From assembly GCA_016180645.1 (NCBI GenBank), contig JACPAV010000018.1, positions 1-64,000 of the forward strand: a stretch of 64,000 nt of DNA, read 5' to 3'. Position numbers and translations under genes: made by a program. The notes beneath the pieces are model-generated. The model had not been told where the DNA came from and did no database searches. It worked only from the letters and a program-made list of their open reading frames with translations. This DNA is from Nitrospirota bacterium (GTDB lineage: Bacteria > JACPQY01). This document shows, one piece after another, positions 28,023 to 37,606 of this stretch (its first letter is position 1; the number at the start of each line of letters is the position of its first letter).

Positions 28023-28682
28023 GTGGAATACTGGTACAAGGTCGTAGCGCCGGAGAAGGAGGTTCGCGAGGGGCAGTCGTTTGACCCGGAGCAAGACATG
28101 ACAAAGGTTTTCATCGCCGGTTCCAGGCATGTGACGAGACTCGACACAGAGGTGATGGCCAGAATTGACCGAATGATGGAGCAGAACTTCTCAATCTTGA
28201 TCGGCGATGCCAACGGCGCCGACAAGGCGGCACAAAAGCACCTCCATGCAAAGGGCCACAGGAACGTCCAGGTGTTCTGCGTCGAAGGTGAGTGCAGGAA
28301 CAATCTCGGCGGCTGGCCGGTCAGATCCGTGCGTTCCTCCTCCGTCAGGAAGGACTTCGCCCACTTCGCCAGCAAGGACGCCGTCATGGCCAATGAGGCT
28401 ACGGTGGGGTTCATGTTGTGGGATGGCAAGAGCACAGGGACTTTGGCGAACGTTTCGCGGCTCATCGGCCAAGGCAAATCCGTCCTGGTGTACCTTGCTC
28501 CAACCCGCTCGTTTCTCGAATTGAAGAATGAAGCGGACTGGCAGAAGCTCCTTTCTGATTGCCCTGCACCGGTGAGAAATCGTTTCTTGACGAAGGTGAG
28601 CGGTAGCAAGAAGCGCCCGCCGCGCCCCCACCCTCTCAGCCTCTTTCCGCAAGCCCCTCGATGGAACCCTGGTACAAGGTAG
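28023..28682 (+). CDS. SLOG-family protein preceded by a duplicated DUF499 N-terminal peptide (alternative start 28098)
   Basis: VFIAGSR, IGDANGAD, KDAVMA, WDGKSTGT; first 22 aa resemble the next gene's start. Confidence 0.75.
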   Translation: MEYWYKVVAPEKEVREGQSFDPEQDMTKVFIAGSRHVTRLDTEVMARIDRMMEQNFSILIGDANGADKAAQKHLHAKGHRNVQVFCVEGECRNNLGGWPVRSVRSSSVRKDFAHFASKDAVMANEATVGFMLWDGKSTGTLANVSRLIGQGKSVLVYLAPTRSFLELKNEADWQKLLSDCPAPVRNRFLTKVSGSKKRPPRPHPLSLFPQAPRWNPGTR

Positions 28683-31417
28683 CCACGCCTCGTAGGGAGG
28701 TACGGGAGGGACGGTCGTTCAACCCGGACGAATTCGCCATCGCGCTGGAGCAGGTGGTGGCGGGAAATGCGCCAGAGGACTACCAAGACCCGACAAAGTT
28801 CTTCGCCCGAACGTGTTTCACGCGCGCCCTGCGGGAATACTCCGGGTTGGTCTTGCGACGGCTCCAAGGCAAGACGGAAAGCACGGCGCCTGTCCTCACG
28901 TTGGTCACGCAGTTCGGCGGCGGGAAAACTCACACGTTGACAACCCTTTACCACATCGCCAAGAACGGCAAGGCACTCCACAAGAACAAGGATACTTCCG
29001 ACCTTCTATCCCATGCCGAGCTACCCATCGTCGAGAACGTCCGGGTCGCCGTCTTCGTCGGCAACGCCTGGGACCCGCGCGAAGGCCGAGAAAATCCATG
29101 GATCGACATTGCGCGCCAGCTTGCGGGCGAGAAGGGAGTTGCCGAACTGGGCCAGGCGGCCAAGACCACCCCGCCGGGCACGGAGGCTCTGCATCGCGTC
29201 TTTCAGGCCGCAAACGGTCCTATTCTGATCCTGATGGACGAGGTGTTGAATTTCTTCAATCGTCATCGGCCGCTGGTGGAGCCAACTTACGCGTTTTTCG
29301 ACAATCTGAACCGGGCCATGACCGGTACGACCCACGGCGCCATGGTGATCAGCCTGCCCCGCAGCCAGGTGGAAATGACGGACTGGGATACGCAGTGGCA
29401 GGAGCGGATCACCAAGGTCGTGAGGCGAGTGGCCAAGGAGCTCATCGCGAACGACGAGACGGAAATCAGCGAAGTCGTCCGCAGGAGGCTTTTCGAGGAC
29501 CTCGGCAGCGAGAAGGCCCGAAAGAACGTGGCCAAGACGTTTGCCGACTGGTGTTTTGAGAGGCGAGCCCAACTTCCACCCGAATGGACGGCAGTGGATA
29601 CGAGCGCGACGGACGCCAAATCGCGCGAGTTTCTTCAGAAGAGGTTCGAGGACTGCTACCCCTTCCATCCCGCCACCCTCTCGGTTTTCCAGCGCAAATG
29701 GCAAGCCCTTCAGCAGTATCAGCAAACCCGAGGCACCCTGGCCATGTTCGCCCAATGGATCTCCATCGCTGCCCAAGAGAGCTTCAAGAAGGCCCGGACG
29801 GAACCGCTCATCACGCTAGGCTCCGCGCCCCTTGAGGTTCCTGAGTTCCGGAGCGTGGTGCTGGGGCAGATCGGAGAGGCCCGGCTCGCCACGGCCATCG
29901 ATTCCGACCTGGCTGGAGCTCATTCGCATGCCAAGGCCCTCGATGCGGATACAAAGGGCCCTCTCCGGGACATACACAGGCGAGTCGGCGCAGCGATCCT
30001 GTTCGAGTCTTCCGGTGGGCATGCGCAGAAGGTGGCCCACCTTCCCGAGCTCCGCTTTGCGCTAGGGGAACCCAGTATCGATACAACCTCCGTCGATAGC
30101 GCCGCCTTCGCCATGGAAGCCAGTGGCTACTACGTCCGGAAGGTCGGAACCGACGGCTTCCAGATCCACCACCAAGCAACCCTCAAGAAAGTGGTGAGCG
30201 ATCGGCGAGCGTCGCTGGACCAGGAATCAGAGGTCAAACCCACGATGAGGGATCTCGTGCGCGGGGAATTCAGGAGGGGCGCCGGCATCCCCGTTATCGA
30301 TTTCCCCAACGATGGGGCGGAGATTCAGGATTCGCCGAAGCTCACAATCATTACAATGGATCCTGAACTGGAATGGATTGGGAAGGGGTCCTTACGGGTG
30401 CAGGTGGCCGAGTGGACAAAGCAGCGGGGGAAGTCGCCTCGGCTTTATCCCGGGTCGCTCGTGTGGTGTTTCAAGAAACCCGGCCGGGAGCTGAGAGACG
30501 ATGTAGAGAATTGGCTTGCGTGGAAGCGAGTTGCACAGGAGCTGGCGAACGGAACCCTTGGGAGCGACTTTGATAAGTCTGATCGCTCGGAGGTGCAAGC
30601 GAGAGTGAAGATTGCCGAGGATACCGCCCGGGAGGAGGTCTGGGGCGGGTATCGGTACGTGGTGCTCTCCGATCCCGCCGAGAAGGACGGCCTCAAGGTG
30701 ATCGATTTGGGAGCCGGGCACGCCAGCGCGTCGGAAACGCTTTGCGGGCGGGTTATCGCGGCACTCAAGTCACAGGCACTCCTCAATGAATCGGTGGGCG
30801 CGGGCTACCTTGATCGGCACTGGCCTCCGGCGCTGAAGAAAACCGGAGGGTGGCCGCTCGCGAGCCTTCGGCAAAGCTTTCTGAACGGTGCCCTCACCCG
30901 CCTAGTGGACCCGGATCTGGTGCTAAGGGCCAAAGTTGTGGAATTCGTCGGCCGGGCAGAGTTCGGCTTGGCTTCCGGGCAGAAGAAGGACGGTTCGTTC
31001 GAGCGGATCTGGTTCGAGGAAATGCTGCCCGTGGATGAGGTCAATTTCGACGAAGGCGTTTTTCTCCTGACGAGAGCCAAGGCCAAGGAACTCAAGGGAG
31101 GCGGCATTGTAGTTACGTCAACGCCCACGGGTCCGACCGCCCTGACGACGCCACCACCAACGGTGGGCCCAACGCCTCATCCCCCGGTGGAGCCAGTAGC
31201 GGGCACCCGGACCATCCGGCTGGTCGGCGACATCCCTCCCGAACTCTGGAACCGACTGGGCACGAAGATTCTCCCGAAACTCCGCTCAGGCGACAACCTC
31301 AAGGTGGGCGTCGAATTCACCGTGACCGTCAAGTCCGGCGTTGCCCCTTCCCTGGAATCGGACCTCCGCCAAATCCTTGCCGACCTCGGCCTCACCAACC
31401 GCATTCGCATCGAGTAG
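28661..31417 (+). CDS. DUF499 AAA+ ATPase
   Basis: PW.KVATPR.EV, TQFGGGKTH, ILMDE, VVRRRLFE, YPFHP. Confidence 0.92.
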   Translation: MEPWYKVATPRREVREGRSFNPDEFAIALEQVVAGNAPEDYQDPTKFFARTCFTRALREYSGLVLRRLQGKTESTAPVLTLVTQFGGGKTHTLTTLYHIAKNGKALHKNKDTSDLLSHAELPIVENVRVAVFVGNAWDPREGRENPWIDIARQLAGEKGVAELGQAAKTTPPGTEALHRVFQAANGPILILMDEVLNFFNRHRPLVEPTYAFFDNLNRAMTGTTHGAMVISLPRSQVEMTDWDTQWQERITKVVRRVAKELIANDETEISEVVRRRLFEDLGSEKARKNVAKTFADWCFERRAQLPPEWTAVDTSATDAKSREFLQKRFEDCYPFHPATLSVFQRKWQALQQYQQTRGTLAMFAQWISIAAQESFKKARTEPLITLGSAPLEVPEFRSVVLGQIGEARLATAIDSDLAGAHSHAKALDADTKGPLRDIHRRVGAAILFESSGGHAQKVAHLPELRFALGEPSIDTTSVDSAAFAMEASGYYVRKVGTDGFQIHHQATLKKVVSDRRASLDQESEVKPTMRDLVRGEFRRGAGIPVIDFPNDGAEIQDSPKLTIITMDPELEWIGKGSLRVQVAEWTKQRGKSPRLYPGSLVWCFKKPGRELRDDVENWLAWKRVAQELANGTLGSDFDKSDRSEVQARVKIAEDTAREEVWGGYRYVVLSDPAEKDGLKVIDLGAGHASASETLCGRVIAALKSQALLNESVGAGYLDRHWPPALKKTGGWPLASLRQSFLNGALTRLVDPDLVLRAKVVEFVGRAEFGLASGQKKDGSFERIWFEEMLPVDEVNFDEGVFLLTRAKAKELKGGGIVVTSTPTGPTALTTPPPTVGPTPHPPVEPVAGTRTIRLVGDIPPELWNRLGTKILPKLRSGDNLKVGVEFTVTVKSGVAPSLESDLRQILADLGLTNRIRIE

Positions 31418-31502
31418 TTGGTGCGGGCTTCCCCCGGGGAGCAGCCCAACACCTGCACTGTTCAGTTGGCCCCTACCTGAAGGCGTTCGGGGGCGACAGC
31501 CC

Positions 31503-32393
31503 CTACTTTTCCCTTCTGAGCTGCTCGATTTCTTTTTCGAGAGATTCTTTGAGCCAAGCCGCATCTTGAATCTGCTTCGCGAGTTCCATGACTTCATCCA
31601 CCTTCCGTTTCTCGTCAGCCAGCATCTGCCGGTACACATCTCGCTGGTTCTGGAGGATCCTAATTTCTTGCTTGATCGATTCGATCTTCGCATGGAAGTC
31701 AACAATGGCATTGATCATCTCATCGAGTTCTCCAGAGCGTAAGGCTTTCTGGATTTCGAGATGCGCCAACTGAGCCTGCAACTTTTTCCGGTCCTCCTTG
31801 TACCAGAACGGGAACGCCAGAACGTTCGCGGTGCTTTCGCTGAGGGCATTCGCCACTTCCCGGGCCCCGAGAAGTAGATCGGCCACCTCGGAGGGCGCCA
31901 ATCCCTCCTGTCGGAGAATCTCCAAGGCATTCAGTGCGTCGGAAACTCCGGTCATTCTACACCAGTCCAGCACCACCTTCTCCGCCTCGGCCGGGGTCAT
32001 TCCAATCTCCTTCACCAAGGCTTTCGGGTTGTATTCCTTATCGAGCGAAATGAAAGCGCGAGACATTCGATCCCTCTCCGACTGGTTCGGGGTCGCGGGA
32101 ACAGGAGAGGTCGGCTTTGCCAGCGTGGTTGCCGACGGCGGGTGGACGGCAGCAGGCTTCGTGGAGCCGTTGGTTGGAATGGGAGCGGTAGGCTGTTTGG
32201 ACTGGATGCCTGGCGGATTGTTGAGGGTGGACCCATTGGAGCCCTCCGCGACAGGTTCTGCTTCCCGTCGCAGCAGACGCGCAACGCTATTGCGGTGGAG
32301 ATCAACAGCCGCCGCGATAGCCTTGTAGCTCCAGCCTTGTTCGGCCATCTCCAACACCTTGGCGCGTGTGGGGGGATCAATCGTCTTCGACAT
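31503..32393 (-). CDS. HTH + coiled-coil protein
   Basis: GWSYKAIAAAVDLHRNSVARLL; heptad-rich C-terminus. Confidence 0.65.
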   Translation of the reverse strand: MSKTIDPPTRAKVLEMAEQGWSYKAIAAAVDLHRNSVARLLRREAEPVAEGSNGSTLNNPPGIQSKQPTAPIPTNGSTKPAAVHPPSATTLAKPTSPVPATPNQSERDRMSRAFISLDKEYNPKALVKEIGMTPAEAEKVVLDWCRMTGVSDALNALEILRQEGLAPSEVADLLLGAREVANALSESTANVLAFPFWYKEDRKKLQAQLAHLEIQKALRSGELDEMINAIVDFHAKIESIKQEIRILQNQRDVYRQMLADEKRKVDEVMELAKQIQDAAWLKESLEKEIEQLRREK

Positions 32394-32841
32394 GCTACAA
32401 CGCGGCCTTCAGTGCGAGGTCACCGTATCTAATCCTGCACCCGTCATGCAACCCACGCGAATCCGTGGAAGCACCACAGGCTCAATCGGGCAGCGGAATT
32501 GCACCATCCGCGTGCTGAACATGCCACTTTCCGCGCACGGATACGTCGGCAAAATGCCCTGGATCGGTCGCATTAGTTCTGCCCATCTCACGAATGCGAT
32601 CTTCCAGGGTACCCCGCGGGCACCCCAATGGTCGCATGTGCACCTTTCCACTGTCCGAATGAGTGCCGGAATTGTGCCCACGGACTACCACGGACAGGAA
32701 CGAGTCTGCACAGAGTTACCCCATACCGAAGATGGGATGGAACGGGGAGCCGGGCCCGCCAGTGGCATCCGCACGATGCCCGGGCGCTGAAGCCCGACTC
32801 CCCGAGGGTTATTTCGCGGGAGGAATAGAAGGAGGGCAGAC

Positions 32842-33162
32842 TCAGCGGCGTGCCCCCTCTGCTTCCTCTTCTTCCGGGGCATTCTCGACCAACAGGAGAA
32901 AGCGTGACGCTCGATCACCTACCTGTTCGAGTTCGGCGACCAACGGCGCGCCCAGATCGGCCTCCACTTCATCGGCATACTTGAGAACCGCCTCAACGGC
33001 TGCCCGCGCTCTCGAGGCGGACTGTCGCGCCGACGCATACCTGTGGGTGTGCAAGTGCCCAAGAGCTTCAGCCAGATGTTTCTCCGCCTCGGTAACGCTG
33101 GCGGCTCCGAACTCGTTGACCGCCGTCCGCAGGTCCGAGAGATTTGCTTTTCTCGTGGCCAT
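32842..33162 (-). CDS. Hypothetical protein
   Basis: AGGAGG before MATRKANL. Confidence 0.55.
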   Translation of the reverse strand: MATRKANLSDLRTAVNEFGAASVTEAEKHLAEALGHLHTHRYASARQSASRARAAVEAVLKYADEVEADLGAPLVAELEQVGDRASRFLLLVENAPEEEEAEGARR

Positions 33163-33244
33163 CAAGGCCTCCTTTCTTTCTAGATGATGAAGACGCGGGA
33201 GTGTCCCGAGCCGTTCGCCCGTAAATCCCGCTTTGTTTCCCATT

Positions 33245-33628
33245 TCAATGAATCTCCGGCGAAAGAAACGCCTTCTTGAAGGCCGTTACCTTCGCAGGGT
33301 CTTGCCTGACGAATTCCACATCGTCCGTGTCCAAGTAGTACACCGCCTCTCCATCTTCCCGGATGATCCCAGCTTGCAGGGCCTCGCCTCGATTCCGGGC
33401 AATCCAAACGTGCTCATCGAAAATCCCAGACCATATGCGGTGGGCCAGTGGCCGAGCCTGAGCATCCAATTTCCGTTCACAGACGGGGGACCTGGCCGCG
33501 TTATGGTGAAGCTGGCACATCCTTGGATCGCTTTTTTCGCTTGTTTCGCATCTCTCGATGGGACCAGTCGGGTGGGCAGGTAGTAGGCCAATCCCTCTCA
33601 CCTTCCGAGCGATGTCCAAGTACCCCAT
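33245..33628 (-). CDS. Hypothetical protein downstream of the replication gene
   Basis: Co-oriented ORF MGYLDIARK... Confidence 0.5.
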   Translation of the reverse strand: MGYLDIARKVRGIGLLPAHPTGPIERCETSEKSDPRMCQLHHNAARSPVCERKLDAQARPLAHRIWSGIFDEHVWIARNRGEALQAGIIREDGEAVYYLDTDDVEFVRQDPAKVTAFKKAFLSPEIH

Positions 33629-33671
33629 TTCCGGATCTACCGCCCCTGCGAAAAATGCGAAATATGCGAAA
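33535..33671. repeat. Short iteron-like repeats (TGCGAAA x3 plus 2 inverted TTTCGC); candidate ori of element 1
   Basis: tgcgaaaaatgcgaaatatgcgaaag at 33647-33672; tttcgc near 33535 and 33545. Confidence 0.45.
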
Positions 33672-33683
33672 GAAGGCTCCCCG

Positions 33684-35003
33684 TCACCGTGCGAACCACC
33701 TTTCAGCCGTCCTGCCTGCCGTTACGGAGCTTGTCCGCGAGACCAAGCTATGCGAGAGCAGCAGTGCCAGTGCTGCGTCGATTTGGCCTTCAGAGCGGTG
33801 TCGCCCGAACAGGGCGTGGATTTCCGTTCGGGTCATCCCTTCCTGAATGGTCCGGAGAGAGCGATAGATGGTGTCTGCGTCCGGATCACCCAGCGAATCT
33901 CCGAAAATGAATCGGGCGGAAGCCTCGGCGTAGTCCCAGACAGCCAACGCCGCCTCCAAGTGGGGGCGGCGAATGATCCCTGATCCGTCCAGAACCGCGT
34001 ACAGACATGGCAGCCGCAGCACATGCGCCTCGGCCCGGGCGCAGATTGCGCCGAATAGGCCCGGCCGGTCGGCGGAAAGAGTGGGATATACCTCCGCCCA
34101 AATTCGTCGTGATTCCTCATCCCTCCGGATCTCGTCGAACGTACGCGCAAGCTCCAGGGCCGACCCGAATCGGGTCGCGAGCGGCCGAAGGGTCTCCTCG
34201 TCGAGTGTTCCCCCATCCGGCAGCAGCTTGGAGCGCCGCACACAAAGCCACATGAACCGATTTGCGAACCCATTTGCAATTTCAGTCCGCGTCAACTCAC
34301 GTCGAACTTCCTCGGTCGTGACGTGCCCGATAATCGAGACGTGTGCTCCCGTCGCCCTCAGCGGGCTGTTTTTGGTCAGCGTCCGCAAGACGTCGCCATC
34401 CCACGCCCTGCGCACTATGGGCGATAGGGTATTGCCCTCCCTCGCGATGACGCGGAGCAACGAGGCGAATTCAGGTTCAACGATGAGAATCCTCTTGTCG
34501 TTGACCCCTGGATCATCGACGACCAATTCGCCCTTCACGCATTTCTCCGTCGCGTCGCGTACGTGAAAGATCAGCCCCTCACCGCTCGACAGTCCACTCG
34601 CGATTCGGCCTGCCTCCCAACCTTCGTCAGCGTACTTCATCACCTGGCGCACTCGACCTAGAGACGTGCCCTTCCGTGCTTTTGAGGTCCTCCCCACTAG
34701 CACGGCAAATTCATTCAGTCCGTGGCGGGTACCCTCGACTACGAAGTGTGGTTTCGGCCCGAGCGCGTTGCCAAACCCCAAGAGAATCTGGAGGAGGAGA
34801 GCCACCGAATCGGCTTCGGTGTGTGGTTCGACGCTACGAACAAAGTCACCGGCAAGTCCGTGGAGTGCCGCGCTGTCGAGCGTCGGCCACGGATGATCTC
34901 TTTTCGCCGCAGGGGTCTTGATCCCGATCGGATCATCGAGGAGTTCTCCGATCCGAGCAGTCGCGCCGGATTTCGCGAGCAGATCGTCGGTGCGGCTGGT
35001 CAC
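33684..35003 (-). CDS. DUF3987/YfjI-type replication ATPase/helicase
   Basis: VEPHTEADS, GRTSKARKGT, LSSGEGLI, EPEF, RAWDG, NGFANRF; winged-helix-like tail. Confidence 0.8.
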   Translation of the reverse strand: MTSRTDDLLAKSGATARIGELLDDPIGIKTPAAKRDHPWPTLDSAALHGLAGDFVRSVEPHTEADSVALLLQILLGFGNALGPKPHFVVEGTRHGLNEFAVLVGRTSKARKGTSLGRVRQVMKYADEGWEAGRIASGLSSGEGLIFHVRDATEKCVKGELVVDDPGVNDKRILIVEPEFASLLRVIAREGNTLSPIVRRAWDGDVLRTLTKNSPLRATGAHVSIIGHVTTEEVRRELTRTEIANGFANRFMWLCVRRSKLLPDGGTLDEETLRPLATRFGSALELARTFDEIRRDEESRRIWAEVYPTLSADRPGLFGAICARAEAHVLRLPCLYAVLDGSGIIRRPHLEAALAVWDYAEASARFIFGDSLGDPDADTIYRSLRTIQEGMTRTEIHALFGRHRSEGQIDAALALLLSHSLVSRTSSVTAGRTAERWFAR

Positions 35004-35248
35004 AGCACTCCTCGTTTCAGCCGATCTGCGAATTCGCGCACGCGAAGCTCCAACGGCAAGCGCTCGAAGGTGTCCAGTGCCACCCGCGCCCTTTCGTCGG
35101 CCTCTCGTGCGAGGGATAGGAGTTCTGCGTCGTGCGGGAATTTCCCCTCCGCGACCTCGCGGACTCCGCGATAGACCCGGTAGTCATCTCGGAGCTCCAT
35201 CAGCCGGTGCGCCGCCCATGCACGAAACAGCGCTGCGTCGCGAGTCAT
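35000..35248 (-). CDS. 82-aa hypothetical protein, homologue of 42707-42955
   Basis: Same length and position; shared A.LF..W and LPL..V..F...L.RG.L. Confidence 0.65.
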   Translation of the reverse strand: MTRDAALFRAWAAHRLMELRDDYRVYRGVREVAEGKFPHDAELLSLAREADERARVALDTFERLPLELRVREFADRLKRGVL

Positions 35249-35261
35249 GTCGATGCGCTCG

Positions 35262-35516
35262 TCATCCCACCGATTTGCGTCTGTGGCGATCGACGAACTT
35301 ATCCAATTCGGCCGGCTCGATGTAGATTCGGGTCCCGATCATCACTGGCGTGATTTCGCCTGAGCGGACAAGGCGGTACATCGATGCGTACGAAATACCC
35401 ATCACCTGCGCGGAATCCCGAAGGCGGAGCAGTCGAGGGGGCACGTCCATGTCCGTGGCCCCGTTTCCGGCTCCAGGGACTGGGTTCTCGTTGCGCGATT
35501 CGTCACGTGGTGACAT
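35262..35516 (-). CDS. Excisionase-like HTH_17 protein
   Basis: LLRLRDSAQVMGISYASMYRLVRSGEITPVMIGTRIYI...LDKF. Confidence 0.8.
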   Translation of the reverse strand: MSPRDESRNENPVPGAGNGATDMDVPPRLLRLRDSAQVMGISYASMYRLVRSGEITPVMIGTRIYIEPAELDKFVDRHRRKSVG

Positions 35517-35583
35517 GCTCTCGATCATCCCGCAATCCCGGATGGCGGGCGTAAACGTAGCGAAATGGAGACAACGAGGCGAC

Positions 35584-36459
35584 ATGACAAGAGAACGTGA
35601 GCAGTATCTGTTCCTCGGAGAAACGGGGCCGAGCTCCGCGATAACTATTTTCGATGTCCGGTGGAATCCTGGTCTACTCTCGAAGGCTCTGTGGATTTCC
35701 TCAGTATGGGGCGAACACGAACTTGTGCGGCCTTTCCTCCCTCTGCACCTTCCTCCCAAACGCGGCAGAACGGAAGAGTTCGAGAAACACTTCTGCATAG
35801 CGTCCGCGATCAGGCGGGAGGTCCGCCAGCTCAAGGACTTCCCGCTGGGTGTGCCAATCGCCGAATTCGAGCGATTCCAACAACGACTCTACAAAGCCGG
35901 TGATCTGAAATTGCGGCTGCTCCATTCGACCGAAGAGGTACTGGACAAGATGTCAGCAGGACAACTGTACGGCCAGAAATATGAAAAGGAGTCGCTGCGA
36001 CAGATTTACATGGAGTACGAGCCGTATGCTAGGCCACGACGATACCTGCTCCTTGGGAACGACGGGAAGAATTGTCTGGTCGATCCTTGGGGGACCGTCA
36101 TGCCTCTCGATTACGGTTTGCCCGATCAATCTGCACTCAGAGATAGACACGACATTATTGGCGTGATTCCACTCAAGAGGAGGTCTGATGGGCTGATCAT
36201 CTCCACTCCCGATCCAGATCCAACCGAGTCTGTGGTGCTCAGCGCGCTGAAAAAGGTAAAAGACATTGCTCCAAGGCTTCTAAATCTTCCTCCCGAAGAC
36301 ATTCCGCCTGAGAAACTACCGGAGGCTGCCCGCGTAATGATCGAGGAATCCGACAAAATATCGAAATCAGAAAGGTCAGGATGGAAGGGTGATCGCAATG
36401 CTGCTTACATCATCATCTGGATCCCGCCAATCAGAGAAGATAGCCCACAGTCCGCCTGA
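35584..36459 (+). CDS. Hypothetical protein
   Basis: Long ORF divergent from the excisionase; GAGG before ATG 35584. Confidence 0.6.
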   Translation: MTREREQYLFLGETGPSSAITIFDVRWNPGLLSKALWISSVWGEHELVRPFLPLHLPPKRGRTEEFEKHFCIASAIRREVRQLKDFPLGVPIAEFERFQQRLYKAGDLKLRLLHSTEEVLDKMSAGQLYGQKYEKESLRQIYMEYEPYARPRRYLLLGNDGKNCLVDPWGTVMPLDYGLPDQSALRDRHDIIGVIPLKRRSDGLIISTPDPDPTESVVLSALKKVKDIAPRLLNLPPEDIPPEKLPEAARVMIEESDKISKSERSGWKGDRNAAYIIIWIPPIREDSPQSA

Positions 36460-36466
36460 AGAACCC

Positions 36467-36490
36467 GGGACACTTTTTGGGACACTTTTG
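36467..36490. repeat. Putative arm-binding repeats, element 1 right end
   Basis: gggacactttttgggacacttttg. Confidence 0.8.
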
Positions 36491-36615
36491 CATGGAATGA
36501 TGGCGAAATGGCCCCGAAAGGGGTGAAACGTTCCGGAACGTTCAGTTCAAGATTTCATCGAAGCTGCGCAGCGTTACGCAACATTCGTGAACGTACTGAA
36601 AAGGGTTACTGCGTG

Positions 36616-36652
36616 TTGGGAAGCAGATGCTCTGCCCCTGAGCTACACCCGC
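36616..36652 (-). repeat. tRNA-Gly 5'-half copy; junction between elements 1 and 2
   Basis: 37-bp identity to 2560-2596, ending at the anticodon loop. Confidence 0.95.
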
Positions 36653-36674
36653 CTTACTGTGATTTCAAGGAGTT

Positions 36675-36704
36675 AGCCTACCGCCGTTTTCGGGGCTTCG
36701 TCAA
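36675..36704 (-). promoter_or_regulatory. Candidate tRNA promoter carried by element 2
   Basis: TTGACG-N18-TAGGCT upstream of the 5'-half copy. Confidence 0.5.
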
Positions 36705-36762
36705 CTCCAAATTTACTCCAAATTTCGGACCCTAATAAGTTAGATTGAAGCGTGAGCATCAC

Positions 36763-37257
36763 TCAACCGACTGGCTGAGATAGGACCTTATCTGCGGGAT
36801 GAGTTGGTATGGTAACGTTCAACTTCGCTCCAATAGGTACCAGCTCATTTGCGTAGAGCCCTCTGGGCTCCTCCGACCCAACCCTCTTGTTCGTGTACCT
36901 CGCGTCCCACGCCTTGTCTTCCAAAGCGCGATAGTTGTCATATATCTCTCTGGCCACGGGATGAGCACAAATCTTCATTTGGCGATCTTGGTGGCTACTC
37001 GAATGCTGCCTGGGAGCAAAGAATCCCTCCACAGAATGCACCGCTGCATAGAAAATGCTTACTACTGCTTGATCGGGATAGGTGCGCCAGAGCCCAGACT
37101 CCACCCCGGAAAGATAGAAGGCTAGCAATCTGTCCTTCTTTGCGTAATGTGCCTTTCTTTCCAACCGAGGAGGCAGGCGTCTAAAGGGTTGAATACACGA
37201 AATTGTCAGGTAGATATTCCAGAATCCCAGACCCGTCCGACAGAACCTTGAAGTCAA
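36763..37257 (-). CDS. HEPN-domain protein (true start probably near 37180)
   Basis: AVVSIFYAAVHSVE...SSHQDR...LEDKAWDARY. Confidence 0.65.
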   Translation of the reverse strand: MTSRFCRTGLGFWNIYLTISCIQPFRRLPPRLERKAHYAKKDRLLAFYLSGVESGLWRTYPDQAVVSIFYAAVHSVEGFFAPRQHSSSHQDRQMKICAHPVAREIYDNYRALEDKAWDARYTNKRVGSEEPRGLYANELVPIGAKLNVTIPTHPADKVLSQPVG

Positions 37258-37606
37258 ATCTCAATTGGGGAAATCTCTCGAATAGGTTCCGTTCTTGCTG
37301 ATATATTTTCGAGGCAACGGTTCGGTCATCACATTCAACAACCGACCAGAGAACAATCGAAGATTCAGTAGGCCCAATTCCCCAGATTAAGCCTCTAGCA
37401 CCTTGAATCTCTCTCAGCTTGCTCTGGAATTCTTGAAGCGCCAGCATCGTCTCATGGGCTTTCGCTAAGCTGGACAGAAAGTCCCGTCCTAACTTGAGCA
37501 CCTTCGAGTTGGCCAATGAGGGAGCCGACAAGTCGGGTGGGTCGTGATCAGGTACCACCACAAAATCATGTGGAGGATGGTCCATAACTTCTACTACCTT
37601 AGACAT
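37181..37606 (-). CDS. Putative partner/antitoxin of the HEPN protein
   Basis: Abuts the HEPN gene; IVLWSVV...KIYQQE...FPQLRFDFKVL; no clear nucleotidyltransferase motif. Confidence 0.45.
   Translation of the reverse strand: MSKVVEVMDHPPHDFVVVPDHDPPDLSAPSLANSKVLKLGRDFLSSLAKAHETMLALQEFQSKLREIQGARGLIWGIGPTESSIVLWSVVECDDRTVASKIYQQERNLFERFPQLRFDFKVLSDGSGILEYLPDNFVYSTL

Larger units (their letters stand above)
2560..36652. mobile_element. Integrative element 1 (~34 kb) in tRNA-Gly
   Basis: 37-bp direct repeats (tRNA 5' half) at 2560-2596 and 36616-36652; arm repeats near both ends; integrase at one end, excisionase and replication genes at the other. Confidence 0.9.

Noticed and set aside
36616-36652. 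Additional tRNA genes here and at 46932-46968
   Set aside because: Only 5' halves; no T-arm or acceptor 3' strand.
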